Part shown: one piece after another, positions 8,852 to 18,682 of the stretch
Position numbering within the stretch: the stretch's first letter is position 1
How the letters are laid out: each line of letters begins with the position of its first letter
From: Vicinamibacteria bacterium
GTDB taxonomy: Bacteria > Acidobacteriota > Vicinamibacteria > Marinacidobacterales > Marinacidobacteraceae
Length of the DNA: 64,000 bases
Reading direction: 5' to 3'
Assembly: GCA_965199715.1 (NCBI GenBank)
Contig: OZ241322.1
Span: forward strand, 1,216,001-1,280,000
The notes under the pieces: generated by a model
What the model was told of the DNA's origin: nothing
Databases searched by the model: none
Seen by the model: the letters and a program-made list of their open reading frames with translations, nothing else
Translations under genes and position numbers: made by a program

Positions 8852-10101
8852 CACCAGCCGTCCGGAACCCGCTGGCCGAACACGTTGTACCCGCGTTCCC
8901 GGTCGAACACCTCGACGCCGTCCACGAAGACCCGCATGACGAGGTTCTCGTACGCGAGCGGATCCTCGCCGGCGACGATCACGACGTCCGCATCCATCCC
9001 CGGCTCGAGCGCGCCGATGCGGTCCTCGACCGAGAACAGCCGCGCCCCGCTCCAGGTGAGTCCCCGCAGCGCGTCGGCCGGAGACATGCCGCGGCGCACG
9101 AACATCGCCGCGGTGTGGCGCAGGAAGTACTGGTGGCCGTCGGGGTGGTCCTGATGGAACGCCGCGACCCCGCCCATTTCGGCGAGGCGCACCGGCCCCA
9201 TCAGCTCGTCGCTCTCGCGGCTGTCGAAGGGGAGGATCGGACCGAAGCTGACCCCGATGTTCTCCCGATGCATCTCCTCGGCGTGTTGGAGGGTGGCGCC
9301 GCCGTGGTGGACGTAGAGATCGAGGTCGAAGAGCTTCTTGAGCTCGATGGCGTACCCCATCTGTTCCACGTCGTTGGAGTGGACGCCGACCGGCCACTCC
9401 CGGCGGAGCAGCTTCCCGAAGGCCTCGCGGGTGAGGTCGCGGGGCGGCAGCGGGTTCGCCGGGTCCGCCTCGTGGGCCTCGACCCGGGCGACGTACTCGC
9501 GGCTCGCTTCCAGCTCCGAGCGCAGCAGCTCGAAGACGCCGCGCTCGTCCCGGGGGAAGTTGGGATACGGCGTGGTCGCCCGGATCGCGAACTTCATCCC
9601 GCCGTGCGCCCAGTACATGTTCTCGATGGTCCCGCCGCGCATCTTCACAAGGGCGGCCTGCCCGCTGTTCGGGCTGCGGCTGCCGGGGGTGATGTTCTGG
9701 GTCGTGATCCCGGCGGCGAGCGCGAGCGCGAACGCGGGGTCGCTCGAGTCGAGACCGTCGATCGCCCGGACGTGGGCGTTGATCGGCGACGAGAGCTCGT
9801 TGTTGTTGCTCCCGGTGCCGGGCAGGTTGAGCTGCTTGAAGCCCATGTGGGAATGGGACTCGACGATTCCGGGGATCACGCTCATTCCCGTCGCGTCCAC
9901 GACCGTCGCTCCGGGAGGGATCGGAACGTCCGCGCCGACGGCCTCGATCTTGCCGTCGCGGAACACCACGACGCCTTCCGGAATCGGGTCCGAGGTCACC
10001 GGGTACACCGTCCCGCCGACCAGCGCGACGACTCCGGGATCGGACGGGGCCGGACCGCAGCCCGCGAGGAGGATGGCGAGGAGCCAGAACCTCTTGGCCA
10101 T
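8851..10101 (-). CDS. Amidohydrolase-family lipoprotein
   Basis: LAGC lipobox; PGIVESHSH, QDHP, GALEPGMDADVVI. Confidence 0.85.
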   Translation of the reverse strand: MAKRFWLLAILLAGCGPAPSDPGVVALVGGTVYPVTSDPIPEGVVVFRDGKIEAVGADVPIPPGATVVDATGMSVIPGIVESHSHMGFKQLNLPGTGSNNNELSSPINAHVRAIDGLDSSDPAFALALAAGITTQNITPGSRSPNSGQAALVKMRGGTIENMYWAHGGMKFAIRATTPYPNFPRDERGVFELLRSELEASREYVARVEAHEADPANPLPPRDLTREAFGKLLRREWPVGVHSNDVEQMGYAIELKKLFDLDLYVHHGGATLQHAEEMHRENIGVSFGPILPFDSRESDELMGPVRLAEMGGVAAFHQDHPDGHQYFLRHTAAMFVRRGMSPADALRGLTWSGARLFSVEDRIGALEPGMDADVVIVAGEDPLAYENLVMRVFVDGVEVFDRERGYNVFGQRVPDGW

Positions 10102-10113
10102 GCGAGTCCGATT

Positions 10114-10944
10114 CTACGGGAACTCGGGGTTCGCGAAGGCGAGGCGCTCGGCCATCACGCGCACGGCCTCGGGATTTTGGTCCACGAGGACCGCGTTCCG
10201 GCCCGTGCGGACCGCCGCCTCGCCGGCGGTTCCGCTCCCGGCGAAGAAGTCGAGCACGTTCTCGCCGGGATTCGTGTGCACCCGGACGATGCGGTTCAGG
10301 ATCGCGAGCGGCTTCTGGGTCGGATACCCGGTGCGCTCCTTCCCGGTGGGGCTCACGATCGTCCGCCACCAGACGTCCGTCGGGACCTTGCCCCGCTGGG
10401 CCTTCTCGGGGCCGACCAGCCTGGGCGCGAGGTACGGGATCCGGTCCGAGTCCTGGAGGCGGAAGGTCCACTTCCTCGGGTCGCGGGTGTACCAGAGGAT
10501 GTTGTCGTGCTTGGGCGACCAGCGGGTCCGCGAGCGCCCTCCGTAGTCGTAGGCCCAGATGATCTCGTTGCGGAAGCAGTCGCGGCCGAATACGCCGTCG
10601 AGCAGCACCTTCACGTAGTGCGCCTCGCGGTAGTCGAGGTGGACGAACAGCGACCCCCGGGGCGTGAGCAGCCGCCGCGCCTCGACCAGACGCGGCTCGA
10701 GGAAGCCGAGGTAGTCGTCGAAGGAGTCGCCGAAGGACGCCGAGTCCCCGGGGATCGTCCGGTAGCGCCGCCCCTCGAACCCGACCCGGTCGCCCTCGGG
10801 GTCGCGGACGGTGCGCACCCGGGTGAGCCGCCGGGTCCGTCCGGTGTGGAACGGCGGATCCAGATAGATCAGCTCGAAGGAGGCGTCCCCGAAGCCGCCG
10901 ATCACCGCGAGATTCTCGCCATGGTGGATTTCGAGGCGCGGCAT
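10114..10944 (-). CDS. Site-specific DNA methyltransferase (N6-A/N4-C, beta class), orphan
   Basis: YLDPPF catalytic motif, GYPTQKP, and C-terminal LDFFAGSGT SAM-binding motif. Confidence 0.9.
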   Translation of the reverse strand: MPRLEIHHGENLAVIGGFGDASFELIYLDPPFHTGRTRRLTRVRTVRDPEGDRVGFEGRRYRTIPGDSASFGDSFDDYLGFLEPRLVEARRLLTPRGSLFVHLDYREAHYVKVLLDGVFGRDCFRNEIIWAYDYGGRSRTRWSPKHDNILWYTRDPRKWTFRLQDSDRIPYLAPRLVGPEKAQRGKVPTDVWWRTIVSPTGKERTGYPTQKPLAILNRIVRVHTNPGENVLDFFAGSGTAGEAAVRTGRNAVLVDQNPEAVRVMAERLAFANPEFP

Positions 10945-10966
10945 CGGTTCCACCATACTCCCGCCC

Positions 10967-11842
10967 GTGGCGAACTGGGGACGCAGCGCGGGGGCGCTCG
11001 TGAACGTGGACGGGCGAATCGGCCCCGCCGACGAACCGTGGATCAGCCCGATGGACCGGGGGTTTCTCCACGGCGAGGCGGTGTACGAGAACCTGCGGAC
11101 CTACGGCGGCGAGCCGCTCCGGCTCGACGGCCACCTCGACCGGTTGCGGCGGTCGGCGGCGTTCGCCCGGATCGAGGTTCCCGCGGACGACCCCGAGATC
11201 GTCCGGCGCATTCGGGAGACCCACGCGGCGATGGCGGGAGACGGCGAGTCCTCGCTGCGGCTGATCCTCACCGCCGGCCCGCCCGACGGCGCCCCGTCGC
11301 TCGTGATCCTCGTCCGCCGGCTCGCCGCGCTTCCCGAGGATCTGTTCGAGCGCGGGGTCGGAGTCCTGCTCTCCGACTGGGTGCGGGCGGCTCCCGGCGG
11401 GCTTCCGGCGCACGTCAAGACCACGAACCTGCTGGGCGTCCAGTTGGCGGTTCGCGAGGCCGAGGCCCACGGCGCCCACGAGGCGGTGCTGCGCGACTCC
11501 GAAGGCCGGCTCGCCGAGGGCGCGACCTCGAACCTGTTCGTCATCTCGGGCGGCGTCGTCCGGACTCCGGCGGCGGAGGGCGGCCTGCTTCCCGGGATCA
11601 CCCGCGATCTCGCGCTTCAGGCGCTCGCCGACCTCGGGATCCCCTTCGAGGAGGCCCGCCTTCTCGGCGGCGCGCTCGAAGCCGCCGACGAGGCGTTCCT
11701 GACCTCGTCGTCGCGGGAAGTCCTGCCGGTGGTCTGGTGGGTCCGTCCCGACGGAACCCGCGGCGACGTGGGCGACGGCCGGCCCGGCCCGCTGTCGCGG
11801 CGGACGCTCGCCGGCTACCGTCGGGCGCTCGCCGCCCGATGA
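10967..11842 (+). CDS. Class IV PLP aminotransferase (IlvE/PabC/D-Ala aminotransferase family)
   Basis: DRGFLHGEAVYE, HLDRL, VKT, EGATSNLF, LPGITR, ADEAFLTSS. Confidence 0.9.
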   Translation: MANWGRSAGALVNVDGRIGPADEPWISPMDRGFLHGEAVYENLRTYGGEPLRLDGHLDRLRRSAAFARIEVPADDPEIVRRIRETHAAMAGDGESSLRLILTAGPPDGAPSLVILVRRLAALPEDLFERGVGVLLSDWVRAAPGGLPAHVKTTNLLGVQLAVREAEAHGAHEAVLRDSEGRLAEGATSNLFVISGGVVRTPAAEGGLLPGITRDLALQALADLGIPFEEARLLGGALEAADEAFLTSSSREVLPVVWWVRPDGTRGDVGDGRPGPLSRRTLAGYRRALAAR

Positions 11843-11858
11843 TAGGTTCCGAACCCGG

Positions 11859-14084
11859 ATGAACGCGACCCGCCTCGCACTGGCCGTCATCCCTTGGGTT
11901 CCGGGCGCGGCCGCGGCGCAGGTGGACTTCGAGACCGCCCGGCTCGACAAGCGCATTCCGGCGGTGCGGGCGACGGGCCCGATCCAGATCGACGGCATCC
12001 TCTCGGACGAGGAGTGGGCCGGGGCTCCCGTCGCCACCGACTTCGTGCAGGGCAACCCCGACGAAGGCATGCCCGCGACCTACCGCACCGAAGTCCGGGT
12101 CCTCCACGACGACGAGTTCCTCTATTTCGGGGCGATGGCCCACGACGACGGCGCGGTGATCGTGAACGACCTGACCCGCGACTTCGCCACGCGGGCCGGG
12201 GACGTCTTCGGGGTCGTCATCGATACGTTCCACGACCGGCGCAACGGCTACATGTTCGAGACGAATCCGGCCGGGGCCAAGTTCGACGGGCAGGTCTTCA
12301 ACGAGGGCCGCGAGTTCAACCGGGACTGGGACGGCGTGTGGAGCGTGCGGACGAGGACCGTGCCCGGCGGCTGGGCGATCGAGATGGCCATCCCGTTCAA
12401 GACGCTCCGCTTCCGGGACAGCGACCGCCAGACGTGGGGCCTCAATTTCCTCCGCCGCGTGCGGCGGATGAACGAGGACTCGTTCTGGGCCCCGATCCCG
12501 CGCTTCTTCAACTTCGCCCGCATCTCGTACTCCGGCACCCTCGAGGACCTCGCCGGACTCACGCCGTCGGGTCGGATCAAGGTGACTCCGTACGTCGGCG
12601 GGAATCTGAGCCAGCCCGGGGACGCCGACCTGGAGGCGGGAGCGGACGCCGGGTTGGACGCCAAGCTGCTCATCGGGTCCGCCATGAACCTCGACCTGAC
12701 GGCGAACACCGACTTCTCGCAGGTCGAGGCCGACATCCAGCAGGTGAACCTGACCCGGTTCAACCTGTTCTTTCCCGAGAAGCGGGACTTCTTCATCGAG
12801 AACTCGGGGATCTTCCGGTTCGGATCGCCGTCCGACTCCCGGATCAACCGGTTTCAGGCGGATTTCGGGCGGGCGTTCAACCCGTCGGTGCTGCGCGCCA
12901 GCCAGAGCCGGGGGGACGACCTCTACCTCTTCTTCAGCCGGCGCATCGGACTCTCGCCCGACGGGGCGCCGATCCCGGTGCTCGGAGGCGGACGGCTCAC
13001 CGGCCGGGCCGGCGGCTGGGAGCTGGGGCTCCTGAACATCCAGACCGGGACCGGGGACACCGCCGAGTTCCAGCAGAACTTCGGGGCGGCGAGAGTGCGC
13101 CGCAACGTCGGCCAGAACTCGGACGTCGGGGCGATCTTCCTGAACCGGGAGACCGGCGGGGGAAGCGACGACTTCCACCGCTCGGTCGGCGCGGACGCGA
13201 ATTTCCGGGTCACCCCCGAGTTCGAGATCAACTCGTTCTGGGCGCGGACGATGGGGCCGGAGCGGACCGGCAACCAACACGCCGGGCGGATCGCCGGGAG
13301 CTACGACGGTCGGTTCTGGCAGGTTCGGGGGGCGTGGTCGATTCTCGGCGAGGACTTCAACCCGGAGATGGGGTTCGCGCCGCGGCTCGGGATCCAGCGC
13401 GTCTTCGGCTACCTCGGCTACTACCTGCGCCCCGCCCGCTACGCGAGTTGGCTGCGGGAGATCCACCCGCACGTCGAGTTCAACAACTTCGTGAACGAAC
13501 GGGGCGAACTCGTCAGCCGCTACGCGAACGCCCACGTCTCGTTCCGGGGCCAGACCGGCGTGCTGCTCGAGGTCGGCTACGACAACAGCGTGGAGAACAC
13601 CTTCGAACCGTTCCTCATCCACCCGACCACCGAGGTGCTCCCCGGGGAGTCGCGCTACGGCGAGTGGTTCGTGATGTGGTTCTCGAACCCGTCGCGCCCG
13701 CTCTCGCTGAACGGGCGGTACGACCACGGGGAGTTCTACTCGGGGACGAGGCGGGCCCTCAACCTGAGCGGCGTGGTCAAGGCGGCGCGGCGGCTGACCG
13801 CGTTCGTCGGCTGGACCAGAAACGACATCGAGCTTCGGGAGGGCGCCTTCGTCACCGACCTCCTTACCGCGCGCCTGACGTGGAGCTTCACGACCAGCAT
13901 GTTCCTGAACGCGCTGATTCAATACAACAGCGTCACCGACGACTGGAGCTCGAACGTCCGCTTCAACCTCATCCACCGCCCGCTCTCGGACTTCTTCCTC
14001 GTGCTGAACGACCGCCGGGATCCGATGGGGCGGCGGCTCGACCGGGCGCTCACCGCCAAGTACACGCACCTTCTCGATTTCTAG
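11859..14084 (+). CDS. Exported CBM9-like/DUF5916-type protein, probably outer membrane
   Basis: IDGILSDEEW, IPFKTLRF, NTDFSQVEAD, FFPEKRDFFIE, FFSRRIG; C-terminal Phe. Confidence 0.8.
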   Translation: MNATRLALAVIPWVPGAAAAQVDFETARLDKRIPAVRATGPIQIDGILSDEEWAGAPVATDFVQGNPDEGMPATYRTEVRVLHDDEFLYFGAMAHDDGAVIVNDLTRDFATRAGDVFGVVIDTFHDRRNGYMFETNPAGAKFDGQVFNEGREFNRDWDGVWSVRTRTVPGGWAIEMAIPFKTLRFRDSDRQTWGLNFLRRVRRMNEDSFWAPIPRFFNFARISYSGTLEDLAGLTPSGRIKVTPYVGGNLSQPGDADLEAGADAGLDAKLLIGSAMNLDLTANTDFSQVEADIQQVNLTRFNLFFPEKRDFFIENSGIFRFGSPSDSRINRFQADFGRAFNPSVLRASQSRGDDLYLFFSRRIGLSPDGAPIPVLGGGRLTGRAGGWELGLLNIQTGTGDTAEFQQNFGAARVRRNVGQNSDVGAIFLNRETGGGSDDFHRSVGADANFRVTPEFEINSFWARTMGPERTGNQHAGRIAGSYDGRFWQVRGAWSILGEDFNPEMGFAPRLGIQRVFGYLGYYLRPARYASWLREIHPHVEFNNFVNERGELVSRYANAHVSFRGQTGVLLEVGYDNSVENTFEPFLIHPTTEVLPGESRYGEWFVMWFSNPSRPLSLNGRYDHGEFYSGTRRALNLSGVVKAARRLTAFVGWTRNDIELREGAFVTDLLTARLTWSFTTSMFLNALIQYNSVTDDWSSNVRFNLIHRPLSDFFLVLNDRRDPMGRRLDRALTAKYTHLLDF

Positions 14085-14112
14085 ACATCCCCACCCAAGG
14101 AGGGATAGGGAC

Positions 14113-14487
14113 ATGAAACAGATTCTCAGCGGACAGAAGGAGAACGCCTATGCGCTTCTCCGGATCGTCTCCGGCTTCCTGTTCTTCTGCCACGGCGCGC
14201 AGAAGCTCTTCGGCGTCATGGGCGGCGAGGTGCGCGAGATGTTCTCGCTCATCTGGATCGCGGGCGTCGTCGAGTTCGTCGCCGGGCTCATGCTCATCGT
14301 GGGCTTCATGGCCGGGTTCGCAGCGTTCCTGTCCTCGGGCCAGATGCTCGTCGCGTACTTCATGGCGCACGCCGGGCAGGCGCTGTGGCCGATCCAGAAC
14401 CGGGGCGAGCTCGCGCTCCTCTACTGCTTCCTGTTCCTCTTCATGATGATGAAGGGCGCGGGCAAGTGGAGCGTGGACAACCGCTGA
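14113..14487 (+). CDS. DoxX family membrane protein
   Basis: LLRIVSGFLFFCHGAQKLFG, SGQMLVAYF, GELALLYCF, GAGKWSVD. Confidence 0.9.
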   Translation: MKQILSGQKENAYALLRIVSGFLFFCHGAQKLFGVMGGEVREMFSLIWIAGVVEFVAGLMLIVGFMAGFAAFLSSGQMLVAYFMAHAGQALWPIQNRGELALLYCFLFLFMMMKGAGKWSVDNR

Positions 14488-14496
14488 CCGATCCCT

Positions 14497-14523
14497 CCGG
14501 GGCGTCCTGCGGGGCGCCCCGGG
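14497..14523 (+). terminator. GC-rich hairpin downstream of doxX
   Basis: ccggggcgtcc-tgc-ggggcgccccgg; no U tract. Confidence 0.4.
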
Positions 14524-14608
14524 CTACGATGGGGGATGGTTTAACCCGTCCCCAGCGCCGTGGGAGCGTCTCGTCGCCGCAGCCCGGTTGCGCGGCGCGA
14601 CCGCCGGG

Positions 14609-15201
14609 GCCCTGCTCCACGAGCTGCCGGACGCGCACTGCCGGCCGGGGATTTCCCGGGAAGTCATGGAGCGCGCCATGGCTGCCGTGGGAGGGCTCCG
14701 GTCGGGGGACGGAAGACTGGCCGACAGCCACGACGACGAGTTCGCGCTCGCCGTCGAGGAACGATGGAATCGACGAGAATATGGCCATGGCTATAATCGC
14801 CGGATGCGCACCCTCCCCGCCGGAAAATTCAAGGATGTCTGCCTGAAGGTCCTGGACGAGGTTCATTCCGACCGAAATCCAATTCTCATCACCAAGTGGG
14901 GCCGTCCGGTCGCGCGGCTCGTGCCCGCAGGTCACTCCGAAATGGTCGGCGAGCCGGTCGCGACCGTGACCGCGGACCCGGTCGAGACGGCGCAGGAGCG
15001 GTTGCGAGTGGCCGCCGGCGTGCGCGGAACGACCCCGGACGCGCTCCTGGCCGAGATGCTGGACGCCCACTGCCGGCCCGGAATTTCTCGGGAGGACGCA
15101 CAAGCGCTCCTCTCGGTCGTGGGTTGCGTCAGTTCGCGAGTCGGGAACCTGTCCGAGAACCACGACGAGGAATTCGCGCTCGCTGTCGAGGAGCGGTGGA
15201 A
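14609..15201 (+). repeat. Diverged 161-bp direct repeat (14609-14769 and 15041-15201) encoding the antitoxin C-terminal segment
   Basis: ALLHELPDAHCRPGISRE...LADSHDDEFALAVEERW versus ALLAEMLDAHCRPGISRE...LSENHDEEFALAVEERW. Confidence 0.85.
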
Positions 15202-15205
15202 GTGA
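14804..15205 (+). CDS. Type II antitoxin: Phd/YefM N-domain plus a C-terminal extension
   Basis: MRTLPAGKFKDVCLKVLDEV...ILITKWGRPVARLVP; TATAAT 6 nt upstream; GTGA overlap with the PIN gene. Confidence 0.8.
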   Translation: MRTLPAGKFKDVCLKVLDEVHSDRNPILITKWGRPVARLVPAGHSEMVGEPVATVTADPVETAQERLRVAAGVRGTTPDALLAEMLDAHCRPGISREDAQALLSVVGCVSSRVGNLSENHDEEFALAVEERWK

Positions 15206-15651
15206 GCCTTCCGATTTTCGTGGACGCGTCGGCGTTCGTCGCGCTGCTGGACGACAGCGACGAACGGCATTCCCTCGCCGGGCGCATCTGGCGGGAATTG
15301 GTCGCGGGGACGTTCGCCGGAACCCGGACTCTCGTTTCGCACCACCCTGTCGTCGTCGAGACCAGCGCCCTCCTGGCTCGCCGATGCGCGTTCGAGGCGC
15401 AGCGCGCGCTGTTCCACACGCTCTTGCCGCGACTTCAGGTCGTGTACGTCACCGAGGAACTGCACGTCCGAGCGAGCTCGGCCTACCTCGCCGCGTCCCG
15501 GCGGCGGCTGTCCTTCACCGACTGCCTCTCGTTCGAGGTGATGCGCTCCGAACGCATCCGGCACGCCTTCGCATGGGACCGTCACTTCGCCGAGCAGGGG
15601 TTCCCATCCCCCCCCGAGATGGCCGCTCAGTCGGGCAGCGTCCCCGAATAG
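15202..15651 (+). CDS. vapC: PIN-domain (VapC) toxin
   Basis: IFVDASAFVAL, VVVET, LSFTDCLSFEVM, AFAWDRHF. Confidence 0.9.
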   Translation: MSLPIFVDASAFVALLDDSDERHSLAGRIWRELVAGTFAGTRTLVSHHPVVVETSALLARRCAFEAQRALFHTLLPRLQVVYVTEELHVRASSAYLAASRRRLSFTDCLSFEVMRSERIRHAFAWDRHFAEQGFPSPPEMAAQSGSVPE

Positions 15652-16406
15652 ACGCGGGTCACCGGCCCCTCCATCACCGGGCGCTCCCCGGCGAGATCGA
15701 TCCGGACCACGTCGCCGCTCGCCATCCGGACCGGAACCGCGGCGGGTCTTCCGAAGAAGCGCCGCGCGACGGTCGCCGCCGCCGTCGCCCCCGTCCCGCA
15801 CGCGAGCGATTCGGCCTCGACCCCGCGCTCCCACGTCCGCATCCGCAGTTCGTCGTCGCGGAACTCGACGAAGTTCGCGTTCGCGCCCGCCGGAAACTCC
15901 GCATGCCAGCGGATCGCCCGGCCTCGGGTCGCGACGTCCACCGCCGCGACGTCGGACACGATCTCGATGGAGTGCGGCACGCCCACCTCCAGCGCGAAGA
16001 GCTCCGCCGGCGGCTCGTCGAGCCGCAGCCGGCGGATCGCCCCGGGCCGGGGCGTCACGACCCGGACCCCATCGGGGACGATCTCGGCGGACAGCGACCC
16101 GGCCGGGGTCAGGATCGTCTGGCGGTCGCCCGCGGCCCCGATCTCCCGCGCGAACGCCGCCGCGCAGCGCGTCCCGTTGCCGCAGAGCTCGCCTTCGCTG
16201 CCGTCGGCGTTGAAGTATCGCATCCGGTAGTCCGCCCCCTCCGCCGGCGGCTCGATCAGGATCAGCCCGTCGGCGCCCACCGCGAGCCGCCGGCGGGCCA
16301 CCCGGCGGGCGAACCCGGCCTTGGCCGCCTCGTCGAGCGTTCCGGCGCGGTTGTCGATGAGCACGAAGTCGTTCCCCGCGCCGTGCATCTTGACGAACGG
16401 GATCAC
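15627..16406 (-). CDS. dapF: Diaminopimelate epimerase
   Basis: FVKMHGAGNDF, NADGSEGELCGNGTRC, GVPH, WERGVEAESLACGTG. Confidence 0.95.
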   Translation of the reverse strand: MIPFVKMHGAGNDFVLIDNRAGTLDEAAKAGFARRVARRRLAVGADGLILIEPPAEGADYRMRYFNADGSEGELCGNGTRCAAAFAREIGAAGDRQTILTPAGSLSAEIVPDGVRVVTPRPGAIRRLRLDEPPAELFALEVGVPHSIEIVSDVAAVDVATRGRAIRWHAEFPAGANANFVEFRDDELRMRTWERGVEAESLACGTGATAAATVARRFFGRPAAVPVRMASGDVVRIDLAGERPVMEGPVTRVYSGTLPD

Positions 16407-18649
16407 GGCCGCACCCTCGCCACGGCTTCCTCCCGAGGGACGACCCGGCCGACCCGCGCGACCGGAATCCCCGCCGACCGGAGCGCCGCCAGGTACGCCT
16501 CCTCCGCGTCCCCCGACGCCCCGACGAGCAGCCCGCCGGCGGTCTGGGGATCGAACAGCAGCTCGAAACGAGGGTGCTTCTCCGAGCCGTCTTCCGCCGC
16601 GATCGCCCGAAACGCGCGTCGGTTCTCCGGATGCGCGGTGCTGCGCAGCCCGCCTTCGAGCAACGTCACGGCCCCGGGAAGCGCCGGCAGCGTCCCCGCG
16701 TCGATCTCGGCGGAGACCCGGCTCGCCCGCAGCATCTCCGCGAGGTGGTTCATCAGCCCGAACCCGGTGACGTCGGTCGCCGCCCGGACCCCCGCCGCAA
16801 CCGCCGCCCGCGCCGCCGCGCCGTTCGGATCGTCCATCTGAGCGGTCGCCGCAAGAAGCCAATCCCCCCGTCCCTGCCCCATCATCGACCCGCGCAGCAC
16901 GACGCCGGTCCCGAGGCGCTTGGTCAGGTAGAGGCCGTCGCCGGGCCGCAGCCCGCCGAGCGTGAGCAGCCGGTCCCCGATCGGGTGCCCTTCGACCGAG
17001 AACCCCACGGTGAGCTCCGGCCCGACGGTCGTGTGGCCGCCGAGGAGCGCCACGCCGAGCGGGTCCAGCAGCGACCGCGCCCCGGCGAGAAGCTGGAAGA
17101 GCGTCTCCTCCTGCTGTTCGGGCGTCTCGTCGATCGGCAGGTTCACGAGCGCGTTCGCCCAGCGCGGCTCGGCGCCGGTCGCGAACAGATCGGACAGCGC
17201 GTTCGCCGCCGCGACCCGCCCGGTCAGCCAGCGGTCGCCGCTGAAGGCGCGGAACCAGTCCACGCTGGTCACCACTACGTCGCCCTGGGGGGTCGCGAAC
17301 GCCGCCGCGTCGTCCGGCTGGTCGAGGCCGAGCCGCACGTCGGGAGAGCCGGGCCCGGGGCCGAGACGCGACAGCGCCCGGTCGAGGGTGGTCTGGCCCG
17401 CCTTCGCGGCGCAGCCCCCGCACACCATCGACGCCATCGCCGACCGGTCCATCGAGGCGAACCCCGCCCCCGCGTTCCCCGAATCGTCGAGGACCTGGAA
17501 CTTCTCCATGAACTTCCGGTCGATGCGGTCCTTGAGCCGCATGACCGGCCCGCCGCCGAACGAGAGCCCCCACTTCGCCCCGAGCGCCTTCCCGTCGCCG
17601 AGGTTCACGAGCGTCAGGAAGTCCCCCTGGGGCCGGTAGCGGCGCAGCGGCCGCCCCGCGACCGCCCGGCGGAGGTTCTCGGCTACGACCGGACCCTGAC
17701 GCACGGCGTACACGCCCGCCTTGGGGGTATCCGGCCAGTCCTCGAGCGTCGCGCAGTCGCCCACCGCGAAGATGCGGTCGTCGCCCTTCGTCTGCAGCGT
17801 CGGCCGGGTGAGCGCGAAGCCGCGGGAGTCGAGCGGCAGCCCCGAACCCTCGAACACGCCGTGGCTGCCCGCCCCGACCGCCCAGACGAGCGCGTGGGCG
17901 GGGAGCGTCTCCCCGCCGTCGAGCTCCACTTCGGAAGCGGTCGCGCGGCGCACCGCGGCGCCGGTGCGGATGCGGATTCCCCGGGCCCGGGCGGCCCGCC
18001 GGGCGCGCGCCGCGAGCGAACGCGGGAACCCGGGAAGGATCTCGGGAAGCGCCTGCAGCAAGGTCACCCGCAGCGGCAGGTCGCGGTCGCCGGCTTCGCG
18101 CAGCAGCCGCTCCCGGATCGTGAACGCGAGCTCCACGCCGCCGGCGCCGCCGCCCGCGATCACGACCTCGAACGGCGCCCGCGGGGCGGCCAGGTACCGG
18201 GTCACGAGCGAGTCGATCTCGCGCACCAGCCGGGCGATCGGGCGCGTGGCGACGGCGTGGCTGCGGACCCCGGGGACATCCAGCCCGGCGACCGTGCTCC
18301 CGACGTCGAACGACGCGAAGTCGTAGGCCAGCGGCGCGCGCTCGCCGAAGAGGACGCGCCGCGCCCCGGGATCGACGCCGGTCGCCGGAGCGAGGATCAC
18401 GTCCGCTCCGGCGAGCGCCGCCAGCGGGACCACGTCGATCTCCAGCTCGGAGGCCCGGTACTGCCCCGCCACGAATCCCGGGACCATTCCCGAGTAGATC
18501 GCCGCCGGAACGTCGAGCACGACCGTGACCCGCGCGTCCGTCCACGGGCGCATCATCATCCGCCGCAGCACCTGCACGTGGGAGTGCCCGCCGCCGACCA
18601 GAACTACCCGCGCCGCGCTCAACCCGCCGGGAGTATTCCCCATGTTCAT
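16403..18649 (-). CDS. selD: Selenide,water dikinase fused to an N-terminal FAD/NAD-dependent oxidoreductase
   Basis: N-term LVGGGHSH, YSGMVPG, GGGAGGVE, PKAGVYAVRQG; C-term CGGCAAK, DDAA, ANALSD, GGHT, TDVTGFGL, DPQTAGGLL. Start may be 18643. Confidence 0.9.
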   Translation of the reverse strand: MNMGNTPGGLSAARVVLVGGGHSHVQVLRRMMMRPWTDARVTVVLDVPAAIYSGMVPGFVAGQYRASELEIDVVPLAALAGADVILAPATGVDPGARRVLFGERAPLAYDFASFDVGSTVAGLDVPGVRSHAVATRPIARLVREIDSLVTRYLAAPRAPFEVVIAGGGAGGVELAFTIRERLLREAGDRDLPLRVTLLQALPEILPGFPRSLAARARRAARARGIRIRTGAAVRRATASEVELDGGETLPAHALVWAVGAGSHGVFEGSGLPLDSRGFALTRPTLQTKGDDRIFAVGDCATLEDWPDTPKAGVYAVRQGPVVAENLRRAVAGRPLRRYRPQGDFLTLVNLGDGKALGAKWGLSFGGGPVMRLKDRIDRKFMEKFQVLDDSGNAGAGFASMDRSAMASMVCGGCAAKAGQTTLDRALSRLGPGPGSPDVRLGLDQPDDAAAFATPQGDVVVTSVDWFRAFSGDRWLTGRVAAANALSDLFATGAEPRWANALVNLPIDETPEQQEETLFQLLAGARSLLDPLGVALLGGHTTVGPELTVGFSVEGHPIGDRLLTLGGLRPGDGLYLTKRLGTGVVLRGSMMGQGRGDWLLAATAQMDDPNGAAARAAVAAGVRAATDVTGFGLMNHLAEMLRASRVSAEIDAGTLPALPGAVTLLEGGLRSTAHPENRRAFRAIAAEDGSEKHPRFELLFDPQTAGGLLVGASGDAEEAYLAALRSAGIPVARVGRVVPREEAVARVRP

Positions 18650-18682
18650 ACAATCCGGTTTCTCTCCCTCGGAGGAATGTTG

